From contig CBDDTI010000510.1 in NCBI GenBank assembly GCA_965233585.1, positions 1-11,266 of the forward strand: a stretch of DNA of 11,266 nucleotides, written 5' to 3'. The DNA is from a bacterium. Its GTDB lineage: Bacteria; SAR324; NAC60-12. This document shows positions 1-9,116 of this stretch, piece after piece. The number at the start of each line of letters is the position of its first letter. Position 1 is the first letter of the stretch. The notes under the pieces are model-generated. The model was not told where the DNA came from and did no database searches. It saw only the letters and a list, made by a program, of their open reading frames with translations. The position numbers and the translations under genes are program-made.

Positions 1-263
1 CTTCTTGACCATTACTAAAAAAAAAACATAAAAGTCAGGTACATCAAAATGTTTGTAGCAGTCCACAAAATTTGCTCCATTTTACAAATCATTAATAAAT
101 TAAAGCATATTGCAGACAGTATGGTACACTGGCCTGGAACAAAGTTGTTTTAAAGGGAACCTCGCCTGCTGGCGAGAGTTGATCCTAACTTGCTCCAAAT
201 GATGCCTAAATTACAAATTTTACTAGACAAGGGAAAAGTAACATTTAATAATAATAATAAAAT

Positions 264-449
264 AATGGAAAAGATTTCAGCTTTTAAATTTCCCGCGTGC
301 CGCCATCTTGGATTTCATGACGTCACTGCATTGTCCTGTTGTTTCAAACAAAAGAACCTCATCTTTCCAACAATAGAGACAATGCAGTGACATCATGAAA
401 TCCAAGATGGCGGCGCGCGGGAAATTTAAAAGCCGAAATCTTTTCCGTT
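264..449. mobile_element. MITE-like foldback element (~185 bp palindrome)
   Basis: Arms 267-335 and 378-446 are 69-bp inverted repeats with 66/69 identity. Looser pairing continues inward (336-343 with 369-377). Flanks are AT-rich and contain TA. Each arm carries CCGCCATCTTG / CAAGATGGCGG. Confidence 0.8.
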
Positions 450-824
450 TATAGTGGTGATCAGCTTAAATAGCCTATAGTGTCCCATGAAAAATCTGTT
501 ATACATATATCAACAAGACATAATACTGTCCACAAAAAAGAAAATTTAAGTATTGAATGTTCACTAACAACATAGCCTGATTATAGCTGCCATTTTTTAA
601 GCTAGAGGACATTTATTTTTAGATTTCCTACATGTACATTTTAAACTTCTAAAGGAGATTTTGTGCTCTGTAAAAAAAAATTCAATACAAATGTATGTGG
701 TGACATATAGCTCCTTGAAGTGATTTCAGTAGAGTTTCCCAGATGATAAGTCGCTCAGATATTTGATTAACAAGCCTCAACAGGTCAAGGTAGGTCAAAA
801 AATATATAAACTTGTAAAGAATAC

Positions 825-936
825 CATTTTTCTAATGTCCTCTCTTCCCAATGGCATCACACATCTCTGTTATTTAACAAGAAACCAGCTGACAACAGCA
901 TGTTGTTGGTCCTTGTCTGTGTAAACCGGAACCCAA
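825..936 (-). pseudogene. NUBP2: NUBP2 pseudo-exon C (WVPVY...GFLL...RGxxKN)
   Basis: Acceptor cttttccttttag (AG at 938-937). The first T completes the GG|T Gly codon from exon B. It then reads WVPVYTDKDQQHAV, shifted SAGFLLNNRD, shifted DAIGKRGH*KN (TAG at 834-832). Donor G|gtattc at 824. Confidence 0.9.
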
Positions 937-1369
937 CTAAAAGGAAAAGTTCAGATGATCTTTAGAAAATACTTGTAAACATGTCCTCAATAAAGAACAT
1001 GGGCAAGCTTTGATACCAAAAGCATATCAGCTGATCTTATAAAAAAAATTCAAAATGAAGTATGTATATGAAAAGAAGCATAATTTACACTGAAAAATAT
1101 TACACATTTTGAGAAATAAAGAGCTTCCTAAGATCAAGAAAGTTCAACCAGAAAAGTTCCATGGAACTGGGGTATTGGCCCCTGACAGAACAGCATTCCA
1201 TGCAGGAGAAGCTGTAATACACCCTTATAATGTTACATATCAAACACAAGACTAGTATGAGTGTTGTTACACAAATTATATGTAAATTTAAATATGTAGG
1301 TGATTTACTGAATTGCTCCCATGGAATGGCTTCAAATGATGATCCTCCATGTTATCACCTACCGGGTAC

Positions 1370-1456
1370 CCAGCAGAACCCTGGTGTATACATCTTTTCT
1401 CCCTACATTTATTGGAATGCCAATGCTCCACGTAAGTCAACGTCCAGTATGCCAAC
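1370..1456 (-). pseudogene. NUBP2: NUBP2 pseudo-exon B (VGILDVDL...HQGSAG)
   Basis: Acceptor ctctttatcttccag (AG at 1458-1457) is followed by GTT GGC ATA CTG GAC GTT GAC TTA CGT GGA = [10 protein letters not shown] (family DVDLCG). Frameshifted IPINVGRKDV and HQGSA follow. The exon ends GG|gtaccc in phase 2. Confidence 0.9.
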
Positions 1457-1857
1457 CTGGAAGATAAAGAGATAACACAAAGATAAGCCATTTATTGAGA
1501 TCAAGATACCAGAAATGACACTGTAACAATACATTCTTGAAGAAACTTCTCTGTTACCAGTGGTACATGTAGGTCCACAGATTTTCACTGGGGTGACTCT
1601 AGGATAGTTGGGAGGTAGACAGAAGGTGCTGAGAGAAGCAAAGAGAACATTTTGAATTGAAGATGGAGTATTTCTGACCAGTCCATGCATCATGTGGCCA
1701 ATACTGCAAATATAATTGTGATAACAAATCTCTCTCCCAAACATAAAACACCAGTGAGAGCTAAAACAATCCAAAACAAAGAAGTTGTCCAAGAAAGCTT
1801 CCTCTAAACACCCCATGGCTATCCCCCACCCCACCCCTTCACTGCATATGAATCAAT

Positions 1858-2486
1858 GGGGTTGAAATTCCAGGTATTCCGTGTGACAAATGGAACAGTA
1901 TTTTCCATTTCGTTGGACTAACCCGTACCAGGTCACCAGGTTCCAAGTTTCGCACGAAAATAAGAAAACGATGTATTAGGTGAGGGTGACAATACAACTT
2001 TTATCGTAAGAATTTAAAAGGACTTTGCGACTACATTAAGGGTATGATACCCCTTTATTTTCCTGATGAGTTCAAGAGTCACTTTTGAATGATGAGCAAG
2101 CTGATCACTTGAGCAGTTATGCTCACATTTCACATGCACGTAACTCACATGTATTTTTGCACTACTCACTAAAGCTTATTGAAGCCAATGCACTGCAATA
2201 TAAACGTTGAATTAAGATATTTCAGTCGTTTGTCAGGTAGAGCACTAATATTATGATTAGAAGCTTGAGGATCAGCCATGTTGAATTCAATTTCCAGGCT
2301 CGGAGAAACTAGGACGGAGCAGGTTGAATGGAACGGAAGTTTCCGGTTATTCGGATTTTCCAGAATTTTAGGCCAACCTCGCGAGGTACACCCAAAATTT
2401 CAGAATGAAATTCCGGAAAAATTATGTCTGTTCCATTCACTCTCCCTCCCGGAATTTCCGGAATTTTTGGTTGAATGGAAAGCGCC
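1858..2486. mobile_element. Non-autonomous DNA-transposon-like repeat inside the NUBP2 intron; left end apparently truncated
   Basis: The right terminus ...CCGGAATTTCCGGAATTTTTGGTTGAATGGAAAGCGCC, internal AACCTCGCGAGGTACACCCAAA and repeated TTCCGGAA/AATGGAAC motifs match a widespread coral interspersed repeat (recalled). The matching left TIR GGCGCTTTCCATTC is not present. Confidence 0.6.
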
Positions 2487-2564
2487 TAATGACTTCTTGA
2501 CTAAACGCGGGTAAATGTAGAAATGTAAACCATACGTCAACAGAACGCAGATATTTCAGCTTAC

Positions 2565-2681
2565 CTCCTTTCCTTTGTTGTAAAGAGTCCATGCTACCCG
2601 TGTTGAAACTTTACGGCATCTACTTTTACCAACTCAACTTGACAGATTTTAATACTTCTTCAAGAGTTTGCTCCATCTGAC
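2565..2681 (-). pseudogene. NUBP2: NUBP2 pseudo-exon A (start Met and disrupted Walker A region)
   Basis: Acceptor ttttattcgtaactttcag (AG at 2683-2682), ATG at 2676, donor GAG|gtaagc (GT at 2564-2563). The ATG frame stops at TAA 2628-2626. The shifted frame reads *VGKSRCRKVSTRVAWTLYNKGKE and ends in phase 0. Confidence 0.88.
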
Positions 2682-2744
2682 CTGAAAGTTACGAATAAAA
2701 AAAAACACGTTTTAACTCAGTGAAAAATACGGTGTTTGCTTTAC

Positions 2745-2812
2745 TTTCCTACTCGGACTCTACAGACCCAAAAGAGGCGGTACGCAGCTCTTACAAGGTT
2801 CGCTCTGATTGG
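2745..2812 (-). promoter_or_regulatory. Putative promoter / 5' UTR exon of the NUBP2 copy with a CCAAT (NF-Y-type) box
   Basis: Locally CpG-richer segment. CCAATCAG on the minus strand at 2812-2805. Candidate donor gtaaag at 2744 would give a 63-nt intron to the 2682 acceptor; alternative donor gtagga at 2752. Confidence 0.45.
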
Positions 2813-3045
2813 TCGACGTAGATTCAGGATGAAAAAATATGCAACAAAAACTGGATTAATGAAAAATATATTGAGAAGTGAATACCAAGAAATATAGAAG
2901 GAAATATCTAAAGATTTTGATGGAAAAGGATATAAGGAATGTAGATGGAATGCATAGGTTGATTTAAGTTAGTTTAGCCTTTAAGTTAATTCTTACCCAT
3001 TTTGGAAATAAAAGATGCTTTGTGTTAAGAGTAGCGATGAAGGAT

Positions 3046-4882
3046 TTGCCCTGTTGCCCTTGTTGCCCTTGTAGCCCTGTTGCCCTTGTTGCCCTGTTGC
3101 CCTTGTAGCCATGTTACCCTGTTGCCCATGTTGCCCTGGTGCCCTTGCTACCCATGTTGCCCATGTTGCCCTTGTAGCCCTGTTGCCCTGTTGCCCTTGT
3201 TGCCCTTGTGGCCCTGTTGCCCTTGTTGCCCTTGTGGCCCTGTAGCCCTTGTGGCCCTGTAGCCCTGTTGCCCTTGTTGCCCATGTTGCCCTGTTGCCCA
3301 TGTTGCCCTGTTGCCCTGTTGCCCTGTTGCCCATGTTGCCCTGTTGCCCTGTTGCCCTGTTGCCCTTGTTGCCCTGTTGCCCTTGTTGCCCTTGTAGCCC
3401 TGTTACCCTGTTGCCCATGTTGCCCTCGTAGCCCTGTTGCCCTTGTAGCCTTGTTACCCTGTTGCCCATGTTGCCCATGTAGCCCTGTTGCCCTTGTTGC
3501 CCTGTTGCCCTTGTAGCCATGTTACCCTGTTGCCCATGTTGCCCTGGTGCCCTTGCTACCCATGTTGCCCATGTTGCCCTTGTAGCCCTGTTGCCCTGTT
3601 GCCCTTGTTGCCCTTGTGGCCCTGTTGCCCTTGTTGCCCTTGTGGCCCTGTAGCCCTTGTGGCCCTGTAGCCCTGTTGCCCTTGTTGCCCATGTTGCCCT
3701 GTTGCCCATGTTGCCCTGTTGCCCTGTTGCCCATGTTGCCCTGTTGCCCTGTTGCCCTTGTTGCCCTTGTTGCCCTTGTAGCCCTGTTACCCTGTTGCCC
3801 ATGTTGCCCTCGTAGCCCTGTTGCCCTTGTAGCCTTGTTACCCTGTTGCCCATGTTGCCCTGGTGCCCTTGCTACCCATGTTGCCCTTGTGGCCCTGTTG
3901 CCCTTGTGGCCCTGTTGCCCTTGTTGCCCTTGTGGCCCTGTAGCCCTTGCTGCCCTGTAGCCCTGTTGCCCTTGTTGCCCTTGTTGCCCTTGTTGCCCTG
4001 TTGCCCTTGTTGCCTTGTTGCCCTTGTTGCCCTTGTAGCCATGTTACCCTGTTGCCCATGTTGCCCTGGTGCCCTTGCTACCCATGTTGCCCATGTTGCC
4101 CTTGTAGCCCTGTTGCCCTGTTGCCCTTGTGGCCCTGTAGCCCTGTTGCCCTTGTGGCCCTGTAGCCCTGTTGCCCTTGTGGCCCTGTAGCCCTGTTGCC
4201 CTTGTTGCCCATGTTGCCCTGTTGCCCATGTTGCCCATGTTGCCCTGTTGCCCATGTTGCCCTGTTGCCCTGTTGCCCTGTTGCCCTGTTGCCCTGTTGC
4301 CCTTGTAGCCCTTGTAGCCCTGTTACCCTGTTGCCCATGTTGCCCTCGTAGCCCTGTTGCCCTATTAGCCCTGTTACCCTGTTGCCCATGTTGCCCTCGT
4401 AGCCCTGTTGCCCTTGTTGCCCTTGTAGCCCTGTTACCCTGTTGCCCATGTTGCCCTCGTAGCCCTGTTGCCCTTGTTGCCTTGTTACCCTTGTTGCCCA
4501 TGTAGCCCTTGTTGCCCATGTAGCCCTTGTAGCCATGTTGCCCTGTTGCCCATGTTGCCCATGTTGCCCATGTTGCCTTGTTGCCCATGTTGCCCTGTTG
4601 CCCATGTTGCCCTGTTGCCCTTGTTGCCCCTGTTGCCCATGTTGCCCTGTTGCCTTGTTGCCCATGTTGCCCTGTTGCCTGTTGCCCATGTTGCCTTGTT
4701 GCCCATGTTGCCTTGTTGCCCTGTTGCCCTTGTTGCCCTGTTGCCCATGTTGCCCTGTTGCCCTTGTTGCCCATGTTGCCCTTGTTGCCCATGTTGCCCT
4801 TGTTGCCCATGTTGCCTTTGTTGCCCATGTTGCCCTGTTGCCCGTGTTTCTGTGTTGGCCATGTTGCCCTGTTGCCCATGTT
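3046..4882. repeat. Minisatellite of mixed 8- and 9-bp units, consensus TGTTGCCC(+A/T), roughly 210 units
   Basis: Directly visible. Variants include TGTAGCCC, TGTGGCCC, TGTTACCC, TGGTGCCCT-TGCTACCCA, CGTAGCCC and TGTTGCCT. It accounts for all the low-complexity ORFs between 2993 and 5041. Confidence 0.98.
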
Positions 4883-5709
4883 CCATTGGCCTTCTCAGGG
4901 ATGTCTCTTTTTGTGGCCTTTAGAGGTTCATCTAAGGGCAACTCTCGACAGGGCTGTTCTCCTTTGGTGTACTTGCAGAGTGATAGGTTTTTCCGTTATT
5001 CTTTACAACTTTTCTTAGTTTTTAGAGGAACTTTAATTTAGAACAGAGACTGAAAATTGAGTATTTTTTCGTTCAATCATTTCAGTTGGTTTAACCTCAA
5101 ATACACTTATTTTAACGATGAGTAGAAATTGTTATTTGTTGTTGTTATACGTTGTCAAAAATTGTTACAAGTTTGCTGAAGGTGCATTATTTAGTGCACT
5201 ATTTTTACAGGTTTCCACGTAAAGAATAATCATCATTCTTTTAAAGGAAGTGCTGATGATTTGTCCCCTCTGGCTTTATCCTAGTGTCACAAAAGAACAA
5301 ATGCATGTGTCAAAAATCTGGGACACGGTGTTTTATTAGAACGTGTCAAGAAGCAAATGGGATGTTCATTCTCTTCTGCTCATTCCTAGCGGGACTGGAG
5401 TTGAATTTACACAGACATATGCTTTCGCAAAAAAGTCTCAATTACCCTCCCTGCTACGATTTTGACATTTTATAAGGAATGAGCCATAATCTGGAGCTAT
5501 TAAAAATATAATTAGCGTTTAGAAATGTTTGGTTTGCTGGGGTTTATAAAAATCTGAAAAATGAAAGTGCTACAGCGATCCGCGCGCGGACGGCCTGAAG
5601 GGTGGCCGATACCTTAAGTTGAACCCCGTTAGAGTACAGAATACTTCAACATTGCTGAGCTATCATTAGTGCGTGCTGCCTGTTAGCCGCGCGCCTGTCT
5701 TCAGGCAGA

Positions 5710-6380
5710 GAATAGAGCAATTTTGTTTCTATCGAGTTATAGAAACACTAGAGGAAGGTTTGGGAGGAGAAATGCCGAGTGAACACGAGCCACAAGCGAA
5801 TGTTTCCACAGCTTTTTTTTAATTCTCCCATCTTTCACAATTAGATTATGAGCTCGAGATTTCTATTGCGTGATAGTTGAGGGAGCAGCCCGAGTCAAGA
5901 AATCAAAAGCGAATAAACATATTGTTTCAGTATAAATCTAGTACTCGTTCAAAAATTTAATCTGAAATCCTCTTCAAAGACATTTCCAATTCACAGAGAA
6001 GCGGCACCTTAGCGCACGCTGCTACACTTCTCCCTATCTATCGTGAAATAGATTGTGAGTAGCATAGCCAATCAGAGATCGCCATTCGTGATAGAACGCT
6101 AATAGATTTCTACTCGAACCCGATAAAAACTCAGAGAACAATCATGTTTTCTGTTTCTTTTGCAAAACACTGCGATGAAAAATAGGGAAACAAGTTGTTT
6201 TCTTTGATCATCAAAATGTAAATTATCTTTGCTCCCGCCATCATTTACATCAACAGCTCGTGCAAGTTCTGTGTTTCCATCGAGTTGTAAAAACACGACT
6301 TTTTAACCAATCATTGCACGTATTTTCTTAGAGCTGTTTTCTAATTAACAATTAGGTTATGAGCTTGAGATATCATTGAG
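5710..6380. mobile_element. Composite non-autonomous interspersed repeat(s), DNA-transposon-like
   Basis: Internal direct repeats: GTTTCTATCGAGTTATAGAAACAC (5725-5748) vs GTTTCCATCGAGTTGTAAAAACAC (6273-6296), and ACAATTAGATTATGAGCTCGAGAT (5837-5860) vs ACAATTAGGTTATGAGCTTGAGAT (6348-6371). CCAATCA motifs are present. Resembles recalled coral repeats. Confidence 0.55.
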
Positions 6381-6649
6381 GTCACCTCATAGAAAGCAAG
6401 AGAATTCTCACTAAAATTTACTTCAAATGATGGTTTCCTATTATTTCTTGAAGTATTATTAAACTTTGCGCTTAAAAAAGATCGCTCAGATTGTATTGTC
6501 ATTTAAAATTGAAGTTGTGTCCTTCGTTTAGACTTATCAGAACTTTAATTATCTAAATTTGCTTAATTATCAGAGTAGGGCACGTAGTTCCCGGTGTTGT
6601 GGTCTGACCTTGTCTCACGGGTTGGTGCTTCACATAGGGATAACCTCAT

Positions 6650-6688
<39 letters not shown>

Positions 6689-6964
6689 TGCTATGAAACT
6701 ATGAAACTTGCTTCAAAATTTCCCTCCAAAATTTTGGAAAAACGAAAAAGACCTCGTCATGTCCTAGACAACCACCAGCCACTGCACGTTAATGGCTGAT
6801 AGTGTTCAACAGCTCAGCCAATCAGATTACAGCACTTGCACTAGTATGCTAGTAAAAATCTTCTAATATATTAAATTGATTTATATATTTTGGTTGTGCT
6901 ATTTATGTGTCAATTAGCACTCCCTCCCCCCCGAAAAAAAAAAACCAGATGTGATATTACACTC

Positions 6965-7047
6965 CTTACCTCCCTACAACAGCAACCTCTCTACAACGAC
7001 CACTTGCCTTTGTAACCAAGGTGGCCATTGTGGAGACGTTCCAATGG
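6965..7047. mobile_element. Degraded MITE fragment with ACCTCTCTACAAC.GCCAC-type subterminal repeats
   Basis: Tandem ACCTCCCTACAACAGCA / ACCTCTCTACAACGACCAC (6968-7003) and an inverted copy GTGGCCATTGTGGAGACGT (7021-7039; 15/19). Confidence 0.5.
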
Positions 7048-7199
7048 CTGAAGTAGTCACGTCATTTCACCGTGCACAACAAGTATTAGAGTGAAGTTAA
7101 TTAAGCCTTACTAAGTTAACAGTTGCTCTTTGGCTGGGGGAATTATGATAATTAGGACACGGTCAAAACATGTATGCAGAGCAGCAGAGCAGCTGTTTT

Positions 7200-7425
7200 A
7201 AAACTTAAGTGATACGAGGTACAACAAAAAGTTGGAATTGGTAAGGACACGTACTCAGGAATGCCTCACAGCATTGGGATAAGTACCAGAAAGGAAAAGG
7301 ACGAGAAGGAGAACTAAGACTACTTGGGGAAAGACTGTGGAGAAAGAACGGTACAAGGCTGGGTGCCCAAAACAGTGTTGGCTTGAGAGAAATGCAGCCT
7401 ACTGGCAAGATGAAGAAGAGATTAC
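7200..7425 (+). mobile_element. Degraded 3' fragment of an RTE-clade non-LTR retrotransposon ORF
   Basis: Reads SWNW*GHVLR (TGG at 7233), then after a frameshift CLTALG*VPERKRTRRRTKTTWGKTVEKERYKAG. This matches the RTE C-terminal consensus RW.W.GHV.R...AL.W.P.GKR.RGRPK.TW...VE.E. It ends in a purine-rich GATGAAGAAG tail. Confidence 0.85.
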
Positions 7426-7702
7426 GATAAAGTGAGAAAACAAATGAAGATAGTCCTGAATATGGAGTTGTGGTGATGGTAAGGAAGAAGATCCTCCAAG
7501 ATCCTCAACTGGGAGCCCATCTGCAAAGTCCTCATATCCAATCCCTTAAGTGCCAGAGCACCAGAGTTAACCTTGGAAACTAAATTTGAAGCAGAACTTG
7601 GTTAAAAAAATCTTACCTAATGAAAATGCAGGGAATTTGCTATACAAAATATTGCAAATACTGGATATCAAAATACTTGTGGAACACCCATCACTGAATA
7701 CT

Positions 7703-8090
7703 AAGCAATTATTAGATTCGGTTTTTGTGACATCTAGGATAATCAAATTCTTGGTAAGGGTTATCAGCCTCAGCCTTTAGCTTTGGCTGGGAACCACTAC
7801 TTTGACCTTGATTATTCTGGATATCACAAAAACCGAAACTATACATTGAACAAAAAAAATGGAACATGTTTTAACTTCTTCACTGATGGCAAGCAACACA
7901 AACGTGCAAACTTGCCATGATTACCCTTAGAAATCATGCACCACGACCACGGTCATACATGACATGATCACCCGTGACCTTGAAATTATTGTGTAATCTG
8001 CAGCTAGGTGACATCATGGGAGCTAATTTTGGCGCAAATTCTCTGAATGCTCCTCACCAATCAGAAAAGAGATAGTGAGTTCAATGAATA
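7703..8090. mobile_element. Non-autonomous interspersed repeat with an internal 30-bp inverted repeat
   Basis: Arms 7717-7746 and 7808-7837 are 27/30 complementary. They are followed by CATGATTACCC/CATGATCACCC repeats and a CCAATCAGAAAAGAGATAGTGAGTTCAATG end. Resembles a recalled abundant coral repeat. Confidence 0.7.
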
Positions 8091-9074
8091 AAAAAAAAAT
8101 GTAACTGCCCACCTCACGTTTTGCTCTGCTGAAACATGTCTGTGGATTGCTAAAATTGCTTCAGGTTTGTATTTGGAATAAACAGTTAAAAAGCTAAGCT
8201 TAAGAGACTTTGTTTATATTTTCTTGGTTTTGTTTCATATTTTTTGCTAATTAATTCACTGCATCAAACTTAACAGTACAAAGTTACTCCAAATTTCCTC
8301 GGTCTAATTTCAGTGCTATTCATGAGAAAATGTCTTGGTTAATGAACAGCTTAATACATAGGGACAAGGGTATTTGATAACAAAAAAGAGACCGAACCAG
8401 CAAACACATTAAATAATAAATAGAATATTGAGTGTCAAAAGTAATCAGATAATTTTGAATACCTTTGGTTTTGGCTGTAAACAAATTAAATAAATAATAA
8501 AAATAAACAGTCTAATCGGAGCAAAGTCAATAAAGGTCACTCTGGTCAACAGACCCATCAGTGGAAGAATGTATTCAACATCCTTATTCAGAATTAGAGC
8601 TAATTAGAGCAATGTTTGAAGTAGAATCCCCCTTATGGCCCAAAAAATTCCCTCAACCATCCCCCCCAGAACATCTCTGGACCTGCCTCTACAAATCATT
8701 TGTCCATAAAAGTAAGGTGTCTATCATGGAGATGTTCAAAACAATGAGTTTGTCCATGTTTACCTTTGACTATGCCAATTTAATCTTCATCAACAGTTGT
8801 ATCTGGTGTTACAGTTACCCTAATTTTGGATGATTTTGATATAACTCTCCAACAAGACAGTGCCATTAAAGTGACAAAAACATAACTGATCCGGTAAATT
8901 AACTTATGATAAGCCTTGCAAAAACTTGGCTTGGTACTTAAAAAGATTTCCATTTTGATTTATTATTGTTTGTTTGTTTTTATTCATTTTGTTATGATGT
9001 TCTTGGTAGTTATAAGCAATTCTTGAGGATTGAGTGAGGCTTTACACCTGATGAAAAAACCAACAAGTTTTATG

Positions 9075-9104
9075 AATAATAATAATGATAATGATAATGA
9101 TAAT
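9075..9104 (+). repeat. (AAT)n/(GATAAT)n microsatellite, possibly the 3' tail of a truncated LINE at about 8960-9104
   Basis: aataataataatgataatgataatgataat is seen directly. The LINE-tail interpretation is inference. Confidence 0.6.
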
Positions 9105-9116
9105 ATACACCCTGTG

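Larger units (their letters stand above)
825..2681 (-). pseudogene. NUBP2: Unprocessed (intron-containing) pseudogene of cytosolic Fe-S cluster assembly factor NUBP2/Cfd1, 5' half only
   Basis: Three spliceable minus-strand exons give, across frameshifts: MEQTLEEVLKSVK/[deleted]*VGKSRCRKVSTRVAWTLYNKGKE | [10 protein letters not shown]../IPINVGRKDV/HQGSAG | WVPVYTDKDQQHAV/SAGFLLNNRD/DAIGKRGH*KN. This is colinear with human NUBP2 as recalled: ...[35 protein letters not shown]...VHQ..GWAPVFLDREQSISLMSVGFLL..PDEAVVWRGPKKN. The short N-terminus lacking the NUBP1 Cys-rich domain, the VGILDVDL motif and the longer loop after WxPV favour NUBP2 over NUBP1. Confidence 0.92.

Noticed and set aside
190..390. 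66-aa ORF
   Set aside because: TTG start; it reads through an (AAT)n tract and the foldback element.
690..766. Possible next NUBP2 exon: minus strand GLLIKYLSDLSSGKLY* loosely resembles ALIKQFxSDVxWGELDY and is phase-compatible
   Set aside because: The acceptor is weak (ttgag), there is no recognisable DTPPGTSDEH, and similarity is far lower than in the other three exons. It needs alignment to the parental gene.
1409..1834. 141-aa minus-strand ORF and a strong-looking acceptor at 1762-1761
   Set aside because: Only its last residues ([10 protein letters not shown]) belong to NUBP2 exon B. The rest is intron read-through with no recognisable homology.
2063..2097. Hammerhead-ribozyme-like CTGATGAG followed by a stem (TTCAAGAG/CTTTTGAA)
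   Set aside because: The required CGAAA after stem II is TGATG here, and stems I and III were not found.
3046..4882. CRISPR-like or telomeric array
   Set aside because: There are no unique spacers and no cas genes, the context is eukaryotic, and the unit is not TTAGGG.
2993..5041. Many long ORFs (GQQ/RAT/GNM-rich or PCC/VAL/LLP-rich) resembling collagen, glutenin or Cys-rich proteins
   Set aside because: They are translations of the 8/9-bp minisatellite. Mixed unit lengths scramble the frames, ORFs occur in nearly all six frames, and there is no signal peptide or flanking domain.
8561..8833. 90-aa plus-strand ORF
   Set aside because: Non-ATG start and no recognisable domain. It appears to run across degraded repeat fragments.
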